Assembly: GCF_964204645.1 (NCBI RefSeq)
Contig: NC_134027.1
Coordinates: forward strand, 24,886,560-24,950,559
DNA length: 64,000 nucleotides
DNA from: Tubulanus polymorphus
Taxonomy: Eukaryota > Animalia > Nemertea
Direction of reading: 5' to 3'
Part shown: positions 12,412 through 24,952 of the stretch, one piece after another
How the letters are laid out: each line of letters starts with the position of its first letter
How positions within the stretch are numbered: position 1 is the first letter of the stretch
The notes under the pieces: generated by a model
The model's database searches: none
What the model was told of the DNA's origin: nothing
What the model saw: the letters and a program-made list of their open reading frames with translations, nothing else
Made by a program: the position numbers and the translations under genes

Positions 12412-15400
12412 ATGGCAATAAACAAAAGGAGTCGGGTAAGAGAAACGTGAAGATCAGGGTCAGGGTGCTCAATTTACAACAAATGAGACTATATTCAAAA
12501 ATAGAAAACCAACTTGACAGTTTAGTGATAGAAGTTCATTTTTTCGATCAAGTAATTTTTTGGCCTTAGTTTCTAATAAAGAAACGGTTGTTCGAATTTT
12601 AGAGTGATCAAGCTTTATTTTCAAACCAGTTCAATGAACAGCAATAAAACTAGGTGTTGTTTTTGTTTATCCAGGTTATTGGTATTTCGGTAGTGTTGAT
12701 ATCGGTCATATTCTATTTAGCTGATCACACTGTTATCGGTGCGTATTAAATCATGTAAACTGGAATTAAAAAAACAAGATTTGTTGTATGTTCATTACTC
12801 TTCATCAACAATGAGCTACTCAAAAATGTCCATGTTCAATCCACCTAGTAAACGCGGTTTTCGATCATCTCAATGATTTGTTAACGTAAGGCCTTTGTGA
12901 TCTGGGATAAAATTGTTCTCATATCGCGTTCACTTTTCGTCCGTCCAATCGTTCCGTTCGTCTTTCCGTAAACGGAATCCAGTATTTTTCTCGAAATTTC
13001 TACCCTAGTCACAGTCATCTACGGCCCAAAAACTGGCCCTGTTAGAACTAAGATGGCCGACTGGCGGCCATTGTTGCTCGCCGAAATCAGTACTTTTTAC
13101 ACATTTTTGAAGTTTTCAACGGGAACTTTGAATTGTTTTAAATTTTCTTGATCTTTGATATATATTTGTATGCCCAAGGGCCCATCAGCATAAGATGAAA
13201 TTGAATCGATCGTACCCAGGACGGCTGTGCTGTGACCGTTTTGTGCCCAAAATTTCGTGTTAGGCATGAATTGCGAGACCTGTAGCTTCCTACTGGTTTG
13301 CAATTTTTCACCAAATTCATTTCATCTTAAATTTCAAAACGATGAGTCAGTTTTATATTGATCATATATCTAATAGCTCTGGCCGGGTGGTGAAATGGGT
13401 AGAAAAATAACGAGCCCAAAGAAGAAAGACTATGTAATAAATGTAACGCAAGACGCCTTGGTGATGAACGACATTTTCTCCTGACATCAGGGGCAGATCC
13501 AGGATTCTAGGAAAGAGGGGGCACCCATCTCAATAATATCCTCACCTGCGGAAGCGCGAAGCGCGCTCGGCTCCGTTACAAGCGCAGGAACGAACAGGGA
13601 GGGCCAAATTCGGTTTTCGTACCTAGTCGACTAGTGGTCGGAACTAATAACCGAATGCGCTTGATTTTCGAACTAGTTCCGGAATATAGTTCTGACTAAC
13701 TGACATTCGGTTTCGTTTAGTTCGACTATAGTCGACTAACTCAGATAACCGAAGGTGGTCGAGAGAGCGCGACGGGGATTCGCCGCAGGTTGGAACTTTT
13801 CGAAATTTCTGCTTCTCAGACTCATTCTGAGACAATCTGAAGACCCAAAATTCAAATAATATGTCTTAATTTAAACTTGACCGTTGACCGTTTTCTCTTT
13901 TAAATCATTCATATAAGTGATAAACGCCGGCGCCCCCTCCCCATGGATCTGTCACTGGGAATGCAACTTTCTAACGACCAATAGAAACCAACTGATTCCC
14001 TCTATATTTAGGAAAATCCGAACAAACTTTTTAGTGTAAAACAGAAAAAGAACACTAATTTGAATTCTGTGCCCGCGTCTAGTGGAAAACCTGTGTAAAC
14101 CGTGTCCCTAATGCAGCCGTCAATGAAATGGATTTAACCCCCAGCTCATCCACTCGACGATCTTTCGACCGATTCGATGTCTATTCGATGTGCTGGCAGC
14201 ATGAAAATATGTGAAAATCGATTTTCTTGCGAATGCGCAGGAAAGGAATTTTATCTTCTTTCGAATGGACGGTGGTTTCGTATAACTGAAATTCGAAACA
14301 CAGTCGAATCCCAGACGGAAGAAAACTCCTTTTGTGAAACTCCGAATGCGAACACAAAATTATAGCACGTGCATCACAAACGGCCGTGTTCCAGACGTTC
14401 GGGCGGGCCATGTTTTAGTGGCTATGCTGCAGCCGTGTCTAAGATGATACTCAATGTTTGTACAAATGAATTACTTAAACATTGAATACCGGTATTCAAT
14501 ATGGTAGACTCAGAGTTTACCGGTTTAAAAAGCGTGTGAAAATCAATGTAGCAAAACATCAATGTAGCGAAAAACATTTCGTTCAAAGGAAAAAAACATT
14601 TATTTCTCACCATGACACCCATCCGGGGCTCCGTATTACGATGAAATGAAATGAATGAAATTTAAATTAACTACAAAATATAGGATAATGCATGTCGTTT
14701 ATTCTGTTATTTTAATGTTTAGGACAGCAGCAGAACTGTATAGACGCAGCAGATACGACAATCACGACAGTTGTAACACCGGCAGTTGTAAAACTAGGTG
14801 GCACTACTGTCGTACAATGCCAGGTATCACCTCCCAGTAGAAAATTCTGCGGTCTCAGAATAGCATTGAGTAGCCCTTCAGTGCAGTTCGCGTTTGAAAA
14901 GACAAACTGTCCTCGTGGAGCTATCACAAATCCAAGATACACTGGACAATGTGACGTCAAAGCTGGGCGTTATAGTATGCGAATCACTAATGTACAGATG
15001 TCTGATGCTGGAAGATGGTCATGTAACTATATGAACTCTTTCCCAAATAGTGGAGGAGTACTTGCTGTAGAAGGTGAGAATGAAAAGCAATTGAGTAAAA
15101 CTAAAATGTTTCCAAAAACGATTGAGTTGTCCGGGAGAATGTTGCTATTGTTGTCGTTATAATTATGTTTACGACTCTCATGACAGTTCTTCAACATATA
15201 TTCATGATTATGCTAATTGTTGCCAGTGTTGTTCCCATATCTGATCTGAGTCTTTTTTAAATACTGTTTTGTCTACTAAAGAAAATTGTGTTATTTCTTA
15301 CAGCACTTCCGAGTGGACCGGTTCTAACATCTGAACCAACCACCGCCATTAACAACATCGTTACAGTACAGGAGAATTCACCGTTAACAATCACATGTGA

Positions 15401-17724
15401 CGGTTCACAGTCTGGAGCTAAAGGACTGACGTATAAATGGAATGGTGTCAATCTATCAGGACAGTCTAATAATAAACTCAGTTTTACAGAAGTCAGGAGA
15501 ACTGATTTAGGTGTTTATACGTGTACAGTGTCGAATACAGCAGGAACAGTTGCTGGTAGTATTATTATCAATGTCCTATGTAAGTAAATTAACATATTGA
15601 TACAACCTATACAAAAAAAAACTTTTCGATATGGCTCCGGCATCCAGTTCTTCAGTCGTGGTTTAATTGAAATGATTTTAGATATTTCTGTAACTCTCGA
15701 TCCGACCTTAGGCAAGACGGATTCAAACATAAAAGGTATGCCCACTATTTCATCCTTGTGCATTTGACTTAAAGTTGATCAGATTCAGAATTTCGGGTTT
15801 CTAGCTAATTTGAGCTTCTTTCACTTCCATTTATTTTGGCTAATTCTTTTTGAGGTGATTGCTCTGAACCGGCTGCCCTGCCTAGGCGTAGGCTTTATTC
15901 AAAGTATAAAGACAGCCTGGACGTTTGTATGTTCCAGATGAATAGTAATTATCACTTCGCGCATTAGGCATAAGTTACGAAATATCTCAACGCTCGTAGA
16001 CATAACTTACGAACCAAAAAGTAATTGAACGAGCAAATCATCCAGAAATACAATAAATGCATATGTGTTTTTCAAATTTTAAGACCTTAGGTTTTTATAT
16101 CTATCAATATGTTCAAAACTTCACAAAACATTTTCAATCAGTGTAAATAGCTTCCTTTTAATTTATGTCAATGTTAAATGAAAGTATAAAGTTCCATCAA
16201 AAGTACATCCCTGTTAAGCCTGGTGCCGCCTGATTTGCCCTAGCACAATTCAAGAAGAAAGCCCTTATGCTGTACGTGCCGCCCGTACGGAACGGGGTCA
16301 AAACGTCGCACGGTGGGGGAGGTATGTGACAGTAGTATGCGTGTGTATATGGGGGCGGGCGAGGGGTTGCGGCTTTATGTGTTTTACATTCCTTTACCGT
16401 AGAACCATATTCAGCGTCTTAATTTGTTTCCATCGACAGATTCTACTACCATTAATTGGGGACCGTTGACTCGTGGCCCACCGGGAGGTATCGTGGTTTC
16501 ACTTGTTATCATCACAATTATCGTTGTTAATGTCGTAATTCTATTTGTGAAAATACGCGAAAAAAATTCGAAAAGGTAGGACACAAAATCTCACCAATAT
16601 ATTTCAGAAAGTTACGTCCTGTATTATACCGACCTTTATCCGATATATTTTATTCGGATCTGATAATTTTTCCAGTTCCGCTGCTACAAAGACAAACATT
16701 AGAAGCAAGAGTGAGGCAACGACAAGAGGTATATTTATATTTATATACATAGTTCCCTACTCCGTACCTCCACTCAGAATCTAGTGTCAACTCGGAATAT
16801 GACACTTATGGATGTACAATTTCTAAGTGAGTGATAACATGTAAAATCAGGTGCCTGGTTAAATTTGACTTGAGATTAATTCATTTTCACTGTTTCAACT
16901 CAGATTGAGTCAGATTTCAACCGAGAATGAATTTGTATTCAGGTCTATGCAAATAAAAAAGTGGACTTACTTTAGGCCAATGTCATTAGATTTAGTATTT
17001 TGAACATGCGATGACAAATCCAAAAAACAGAATATTCCAAGGATCACCGAAAATAGGATCACCATTTTGCATTTTTAAATATAATCTATTTGATAACGAA
17101 ATTTTGCAAGATTTCATATATCAATATACTATTAGGTGCATCATCTTAACTTCAAAGTCGAATATATTCTGTTTACTCTTGATTTTCAGCTCGAAAAGAT
17201 GAAGCCGAAATGTCTACGAGAAAACAACGATCTTCCGCTAAAACGAAAGAACCGATTTACGGAAATCGCGAGGTGCGAAATATTCAACTGCATCATTAAT
17301 TTTATGCAGTTTAACAAATCAGTTAAAGCAGTTTAACAAATTACAGTTTTCGAGTTCATCGAAATCTGGGGTGGATGCTTACGGCAAAAAGTGTACATCT
17401 CTTCTTAGTAACGCCACACTTTTTTTTCAATCGAATTTTATGCCTACCGGGGATCAAATCTATATAATGAAAAACAGTTAAGCGTCTCAGTAGAGATAAC
17501 AGATGTTATTGTAACCATATGTCATCATTTGGGACTGAGAGCGCCCAGTTCAGAGATAATCGAAGTATCCAAGATGACTTGAAGAATACTGTCCTGCGTC
17601 GCCAAATCTACTGATTTTCTTTTTCACGATCAATGGACATTTATCTATTATTTTACAGATGGACAACGTCGCCAGAAACGCGTCTGCGTTCAGAGACCTT
17701 GGCGAGGAATATGAGGAAATCTAG
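12412..17724 (+). CDS. IgSF receptor gene 3 (type B): signal peptide-V-Ig2-TM-tail, ~350 aa, 8 exons
   Basis: Exons 12412-12435, 12675-12738, 14723-15073 (V), 15304-15579 (Ig2), 16440-16575 (TM GGIVVSLVIITIIVVNVVILFV-KIREK), 16676-16728, 17190-17272 (KEPIYGNRE), 17659-17724 (MDNVARNASAFRDLGEEYEEI*). Phases are consistent and there are no in-frame stops. Confidence 0.88.
13488..13957. mobile_element. Putative non-autonomous DNA element in intron 2 of type B genes (copies near 20.7-21.2 kb and 36.8-37.3 kb)
   Basis: Imperfect terminal inverted repeats caggggcagatcca...tggatctgtcactg; GC-richer than flanks. Confidence 0.45.
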
Positions 17725-19613
17725 CACAAACTATTTTTCGAGTCCAAATTTGTATTTGCAAATCAATTTACTATAAGTTTAAAAATCCTTTGGATTATTT
17801 GTAAGCACCATGATCATTCCAACTTTCTCGGCGAATCTGACTGTAAAAAGTCTTCGTTGCGTAGTAATAACGTTTGGCTGTGAGCCTAAAACATGTTCTA
17901 GGCAGCATATTATACAGATCGCTGATTTCTTTTAGAATCTGCACATTTTTAGCTGCAATAATGATATAATAATGTAGTTCATAACCTATCCAAGACTTAA
18001 TTTTCAATCGATTCAAGCACCTTTATTCTAACCCTAACATCAATCTATTTTAAAAAATTTCACTTGTATTGCTATATAACCTCGAACATTCGTTTAGTAT
18101 TTTATAAATCATAGTATAGGTGGAACTCATTTATAAGTTAGTGCTCTATTCAGTAACAAACATTTCTCGGGGAAGTTTTCATCAGCATCAGGCTCAGAAG
18201 GTCTTGTTAAATATGTTTTAAAAAATAGGTTAACTGATTGTGGGTTAATCCGGGGTTCACGAAAGGAATAAAAGAATAACTTGAAAACTGAAAGATTTAG
18301 TAGTTCAACTGTATGGAAAGAATACTCGTACAGAAATACACCTGAAAAACTGACTCGATTTACTTACATAATGAAAGTGCAAATACTTTTTGAGCATTAT
18401 TAAACTTGGTTTTGTTAAATCGTTGATTTTTGTAAACTTATGACGCCAATAAACACGACTGAATGCATGTGAAAATTTCTGTTCTTAATATCTATTTTTT
18501 CAAATGTTTTTTTTTTTCTCTAATGACACGCAATAACACTGACTCAAAAACCCATAATTAATCGGATTGAACATCACAATCGATGATACGTCGACCGACG
18601 CAGACAATGAGGCCTGTGGCAGTCGAGGATTCCGCTTGTGGCAAGCGAGGATCCACCGGATTCAGCAGTAGTCTACTTTCAGAAACGACGCTCGAATTTC
18701 TCTAAAATCTATCTTTATCTTCTCAACTTATACGAATGGTAGATAAAAGCCGCACTATATATATGAAAAATGAAACATCAATCTTAGTTGACAGTAGCGG
18801 AGCTGTCCGGATCACCAGATGCCAAACAGAAAAGAACGATAAACTCCGGTATCAAATCAAGCATATCCTTTATTCCACGGTTATCAACAAATAAATTCCA
18901 GCAATATTCGTTCACAAAATATATCGCGTGCACACTGAGAGTTCGGCAGGAATATAAACTACGGGCAAACGAATAAAGATGAAATATGCGGGAAGAGAAA
19001 AGAACCTGAAATATAAGTAAAAATGTGAGATTAGTGTACCGCTGGTAAAACCGGTAGAGGCAATGTTCCAGAAACGCCAGAATTAATGTAATTGACTGAC
19101 ACCACCGTAAAATACAAATAATCAATAATAATTAATATCCCCTTAATCAAAGTAAACCCACCATAGCGAAATTGATATAAAAGTTAAAAAAAGCGATGGG
19201 AAGAGACTCGGTTCCCACGCGTCTGCTTCTAGATAGTTCTCATAACGATGTGCCGAATAAGACAACTCATCCCGGAAGGGATGTTTTCTCAATTGCTAGG
19301 ACCCCCACACCTCCACGAGTCTTACCACGAACCTGCGATCCTAGTCACGTAGGCAAGTTGCACCGGTAAACCAGGATGGGCAGCAATCAGGACATTGGGG
19401 TACGATAACCACACTCAAACGTGGTGAACTTTTATCTTTTTAATCTGGACATTGTTTGTTTTAACCATTGTATATATCAGGAAGATTTGCTATGACTGCA
19501 ATGGGTATCCCCTGGATGTGATAACTGAATATATTGACGCCACAAGTACAAGTTCTGAAAGAGGTTTTATAAACTGTATCGATGCAGGGTCAAAATATAA
19601 ATCTACCGAAGAA

Positions 19614-22600
19614 ATGGCAATAAACAAAAGGAGTCGGGTAAGAGAAACATGAAGATCAGGGTCAGGCTGCTCAATTTACAACAAATGAGACTATATTCAA
19701 AAATAGAAAACCAACTTGACAGTTTAGTGATAGAAGTTCATTTTTTCGATCAAGTAATTTTTTTGCCTCAGTTTCTAATAAAGAAGCTGTTGTTCGAATT
19801 TTAGAGTGATCAAGCTTTATTTTCAAACCAGTTCAATGAACAGTAATAAAACTAGGTGTTGTTTTTGTTGATCCAGGTTATTGGTATTTCGGTAGTGTTG
19901 ATATCGGTTCTATTCTATTTAGCTGATCACACTGTTATCGGTGCGTATTAAATCATGTAAACTGGAATTAAATAAACAAGATTTGTTGTATGTTCATTAC
20001 TCTTCATCAACAGTGAGCTACTCAAAAATGTCCATGTTCAATCCATCTAGTAAACGCGGTTTTCGATCATCTCAATGATTTGTTAACGTAAGGCCTTAAT
20101 GATCTGGGATAAAATTGTTCTCATATCGCGTTCACTTTTCGTCCGTCCAATCGTTCCGTTCGTCTTTCCGCAAACGGAATCCAGTATTTTTCTGGAAATT
20201 TCTACCCTAGTCACAGTCATCTACGGCCCAAAAACTGGCCCTGTTAGAACTAAGATGGCCGACTGGTGGCCATTGTTGCTCGCCGAAATCAGCACTTTTT
20301 ACACACTTTTGAAGTTTTCAACGGGAACTTTGAATTGTTTTAAATTTTCTTGATCTTTCATATATATTTGTATGCCCAAGGGCCCATCAGCATAAGATGA
20401 AATTGAATCGATCGTACCCAGGACGGCTGTGCTGTGACCGTTTTGTGCCCAAAATTTCGTGTTAGGCATGAATTGCGAGACCTGTAGCTTCCTACTGGTT
20501 TGCCATTTTTCACCAAATTCATTTCATCTTAAATTTCAAAACGATGAGTCAGTTTTATATTGATCATATATCTAATAGCTCTGGCCGGGTGGAGAAATGG
20601 GTAGAAAAATAACGAGCCCAAAGAAGAAAGACTATGTAATAAATGTAACGCAAGACGCCTTGGTGATGAACGACATTTTCTCCTGACATCAGGGGCAGAT
20701 CCAGGATTCTAGGAAAGAGGGGGCGCCCATCTCAATAATATCCTCACCTGCGGAAGCGCGAAGCGCGCTCGGCTCCGTTACAAGCGCAGGAACGAACAGG
20801 GAGGGCCAAATTCGGTTTTCGTACCTAGTCGACTAGTGGTCGGAACTAATAACCGAATGCGCTTGATTTTCGAACTAGTTCCGGAATATAGTTCTGACTA
20901 ACTGACATTCGGTTTCGTTTAGTTCGACTATAGTCGACTAATTCAGATAACCGAAGGTGGTCGAGAGAGCGCGACGGGGATTCGCCGCAGGTTGGAACTT
21001 TTCGAAATTTCTGCTTCTCAGACTCATTCTGAGACAATCTGAAGACCCAAAATTCAAATAATATGTCTTAATTTAAACTTGACCGTTGACCGTTTTCTCT
21101 TTTAAATCATTCATATAAGTGATAAACGCCGGCGCCCCCTCCCCATGGATCTGTCACTGGGAATGCAACTTTCTAACGACCAATAGAAACCAACTGATTC
21201 CCTCTATATTTAGGAAAATCCGAACAAACTTTTTAGTGTAAAACAGAAAAAGAACACTAATTTGAATTCTGTGCCCGCGTCTAGTGGAAAACCCGTGTAA
21301 GCCGTGTCCCTAATGCAGCCGTCAATGAAATGGATTTAACCCCCAGCTCATCCACTCGACGATCTTTCGACCGATTCGATGTCTATTCGATGTGCTGGCA
21401 GCATGAAAATATGTGAAAATCGATTTTCTTGCGAATGCGCAGGAAAGGAATTTTATCTTCTTTCGAATGGACGGTGGTTTCGTATAACTGAAATTCGAAA
21501 CACAGTCGAATCCCAGACGGAAGAAAACTCCTTTTGTAAAACTCGAATGCGAACACAAAATTATAGCACGTGCATCACAAACGGCCGTGTTCCAGACGTT
21601 CGGGCGGGCCATGTTTTAGTGGCTATGCTGCAGCCGTGTCTAAGACGATACTCAATGTTTGTACAAATGAATTACTTAAACATTGAATACCGGTATTCAA
21701 TATGGTAGACTCAGAGTTTACCGGTTTAAAAAGCGTGTGAAAATCAATGTAGCAAAACATCAATGTAGCGAAAAACATTTTGTTCAAAGGAAAAAAACAT
21801 TTATTTCTCACCATGACACCCATCCGGGGCTCCGTATTACGATGAAATGAAATGAATGAAATTTAAATTAACTACAAAATATAGGATAATGCATGTCGTT
21901 TATTCTGTTATTTTAATGTTTAGGACAGCAGCAGAACTGTATAGACGCAGCAGATACGACAATCACGACAGTTGTAACACCGGCAGTTGTAAAACTAGGT
22001 GGCACTACTGTCGTACAATGCCAGGTATCACCTCCCAGTAGAAAATTCTGCGGTCTCAGAATAGCATTGAGTAGCCCTTCAGTGCAGTTCGCGTTTGAAA
22101 AGACAAACTGTCCTCGTGGAGCTATCACAAATCCAAGATACACTGGACAATGTGACGTCAAAGCTGGGCGTTATAGTATGCGAATCACTAATGTACAGAT
22201 GTCTGATGCTGGAAGATGGTCATGTAACTATATGAACTCTTTCCCAAATAGTGGAGCAGTACTTGCTGTAGAAGGTGAGAATGAAAAGCAATTGAGTAAA
22301 ACTAAAATGTTTCCAAAAACGATTGAGTTGTCCGGGAGAATGTTGCTAATTGTTGTCGTTATAATTATGTTTACGACTCTCATGACAGTTCTTCAACATA
22401 TATTCATGATTATGCTAATTGTTGCCAGTGTTGTTCTGACTATGAGATTGATACCGGTTACCCATATCTGATCTGAGTCTTTTTTAAATACTGTTTTGTC
22501 TACTAAAGAAAATTGTGTTATTTCTAACAGCACTTCCGAGTGGACCGGTTCTAACATCTGAACCAACCACCGCCATTAACAACATCGTTACAGTACAGGA

Positions 22601-24952
22601 GAATTCACCGTTAACAATCACATGTAACGGTTCACAGTCTGGAGCTAAAGGACTGACGTATAAATGGAATGGTGTCAATCTATCAGGACAGTCTAATAAT
22701 AAACTCAGTTTTACAGAAGTCAGGAGAACTGATTTAGGTGTTTATACGTGTACAGTGTCGAATACAGCAGGAACAGTTGCTGGTAGTATTATTATCAATG
22801 TCCTATGTAAGTAAATTAACATATTGATACAACCTATACAAAAAAAAACTTTTCGATATGGCTCCGGCATCCAGTTCTTCAGTCGTGGTTTAATTGAAAT
22901 GATTTTAGATATTTCTGTAACTCTCGATCCGACCTTAGGCAAGACGGATTCAAACATAAAAGGTATGCCCACTATTTCATCCTTGTGCATTTGACTTATA
23001 GTTGATCAGATTCAGAATTTCGGGTTTCTAGCTAATTTGAGCTTCTTTCACTTCCATTTATTTTGGCTAATTCTTTTTGAGGTGATTGCTCTGAACCGGC
23101 TGCCCTGCCTAGGCGTAGGCTTTATTCAAAGTATAAAGACAGCCTGGACGTTTGTATGTTCCAGATGAATAGTAATTATCACTTCGCGCATTAGGCATAA
23201 GTTACGAAATATCTCAACGCTCGTAGACATAACTTACGAACCAAAAAGTAATTGAACGAGCAAATCATCCAGAAATACAATAAATGCATATGTGTTTTTC
23301 AAATTTTAAGACCTTAGGTTTTTATATCTATCAATATGTTCAAAACTTCACAAAACATTTTCAATCAGTGTAAATAGCTTCCTTTTAATTTATGTCAATG
23401 TTAAATGAAAGTATAAAGTTCCATCAAAAGTACATCCCTGTTAAGCCTGGTGCCGCCTGATTTGCCCCAGCACGATTCAAGAAGAAAGCCCTTATGCTGT
23501 ACGTGCCGCCCGTACGGAACGGGGTCAGAACGTCGCACGGTGGGGGAGGTATGTGACAGTAGTATGCGTGTGTATATGGGGGCGGGCGAGGGGTTGCGGC
23601 TTTATGTGTTTTACATTCCTTTACCGTAGAACCATATTCAGCGTCTTAATTTGTTTCCATCTACAGATTCTACTACCATTAATTGGGGACCGTTGACTCG
23701 TGGCCCACCGGGAGGTATCGTGGTTTCACTTGTTATCATCACAATTATCGTTGTTAATGTCGTGATTCTATTTGTGAAAATACGCGAAAAAAATTCGAAA
23801 AGGTAGGACACAAAATCTCACCAATATATTTCAGAAAGTTACGTCCTGTATTATACCGACCTTTATCCGATATATTTTATTCGGATCTGATAATTTTTCC
23901 AGTTCCGCTGCTACAAAGACAAACATTAGAAGCAAGAGTAAGACAACGACAAGAGGTATATTTATATTTATATTTATAACTCCCTACCTCCTACCTCCAC
24001 TCAGAATCTAGTGTCAACTCGGAATATGACACTTATGGATGTACAATTTCTAAGTGAGTGATAACATGTAAAATCAGGTGCCTGGTTAAATTTGACTTGA
24101 GATTAATTCATTTTCACTGTTTCAACTCAGATTGAGTCAGATTTCAACCGAGAATGAATTTGTATTCAGGTCTATGCAAATAAAAAAGTGGACTTATTTT
24201 AGGCCAATGTCATTAGATTTAGTATTTTGAACATGCGATGACAAATCCAAAAAACAGAATATTCCAAGGATCACCGAAAATAGGATCACCATTTTGCATT
24301 TTTAAATATAATCTATGTGATAACGAAATTTTGCAAGATTTCATATATCAATATACTATTAGGTGCATCATCTTAACTTCAAAGTCGAATATATTCTGTT
24401 TACTCTTGATTTTCAGCTCGAAAAGATGAAGCCGAAATGTCTACGAGAAAACAACGATCTTCCGCTAAAACGAAAGAACCGATTTACGGAAATCGTGAGG
24501 TGCGAAATATTCAACTGCATCATTAATTTTATGCAGTTTAACAAATCAGTTAAAGCAGTTTAAAAAATTTCAGTTTTCGAGTTCATCGAAATCTGGGGTG
24601 GATGCTTACGGCAAAAAGTGTACATCTCTTCTTAGTAACGCCACACTTATTTTTTCAATCGAATTTTAAGCCTACCGGGGATCAAATCTATATAATGAAA
24701 AACAGTTAAGCGTCTCAGTAGAGATAAAAGATGTTATTGTAACCATATGTCATCATTTGGGACTGAGAGCGCCCAGTTCAAAGATAATCGAAGTATCCAA
24801 GATGACTTGAAGAATACTGTCCTGCGTCGCCAAATCTATTGATTTTCCATTTCACGACCAAGAGACATCTATTCATTGTTTTACAGATGGACGCTGTCGC
24901 CAAAGACGCGTCCGCGTTCAGAGACGTCGGCGAGGAATATGAGGAAATCTAG
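19614..24952 (+). CDS. IgSF receptor gene 4 (type B), ~350 aa
   Basis: Exons 19614-19637, 19877-19940, 21924-22274 (V), 22531-22806 (Ig2), 23667-23802 (TM), 23903-23955, 24417-24499 (EPIYGNRE), 24887-24952 (MDAVAKDASAFRDVGEEYEEI*). Confidence 0.88.
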
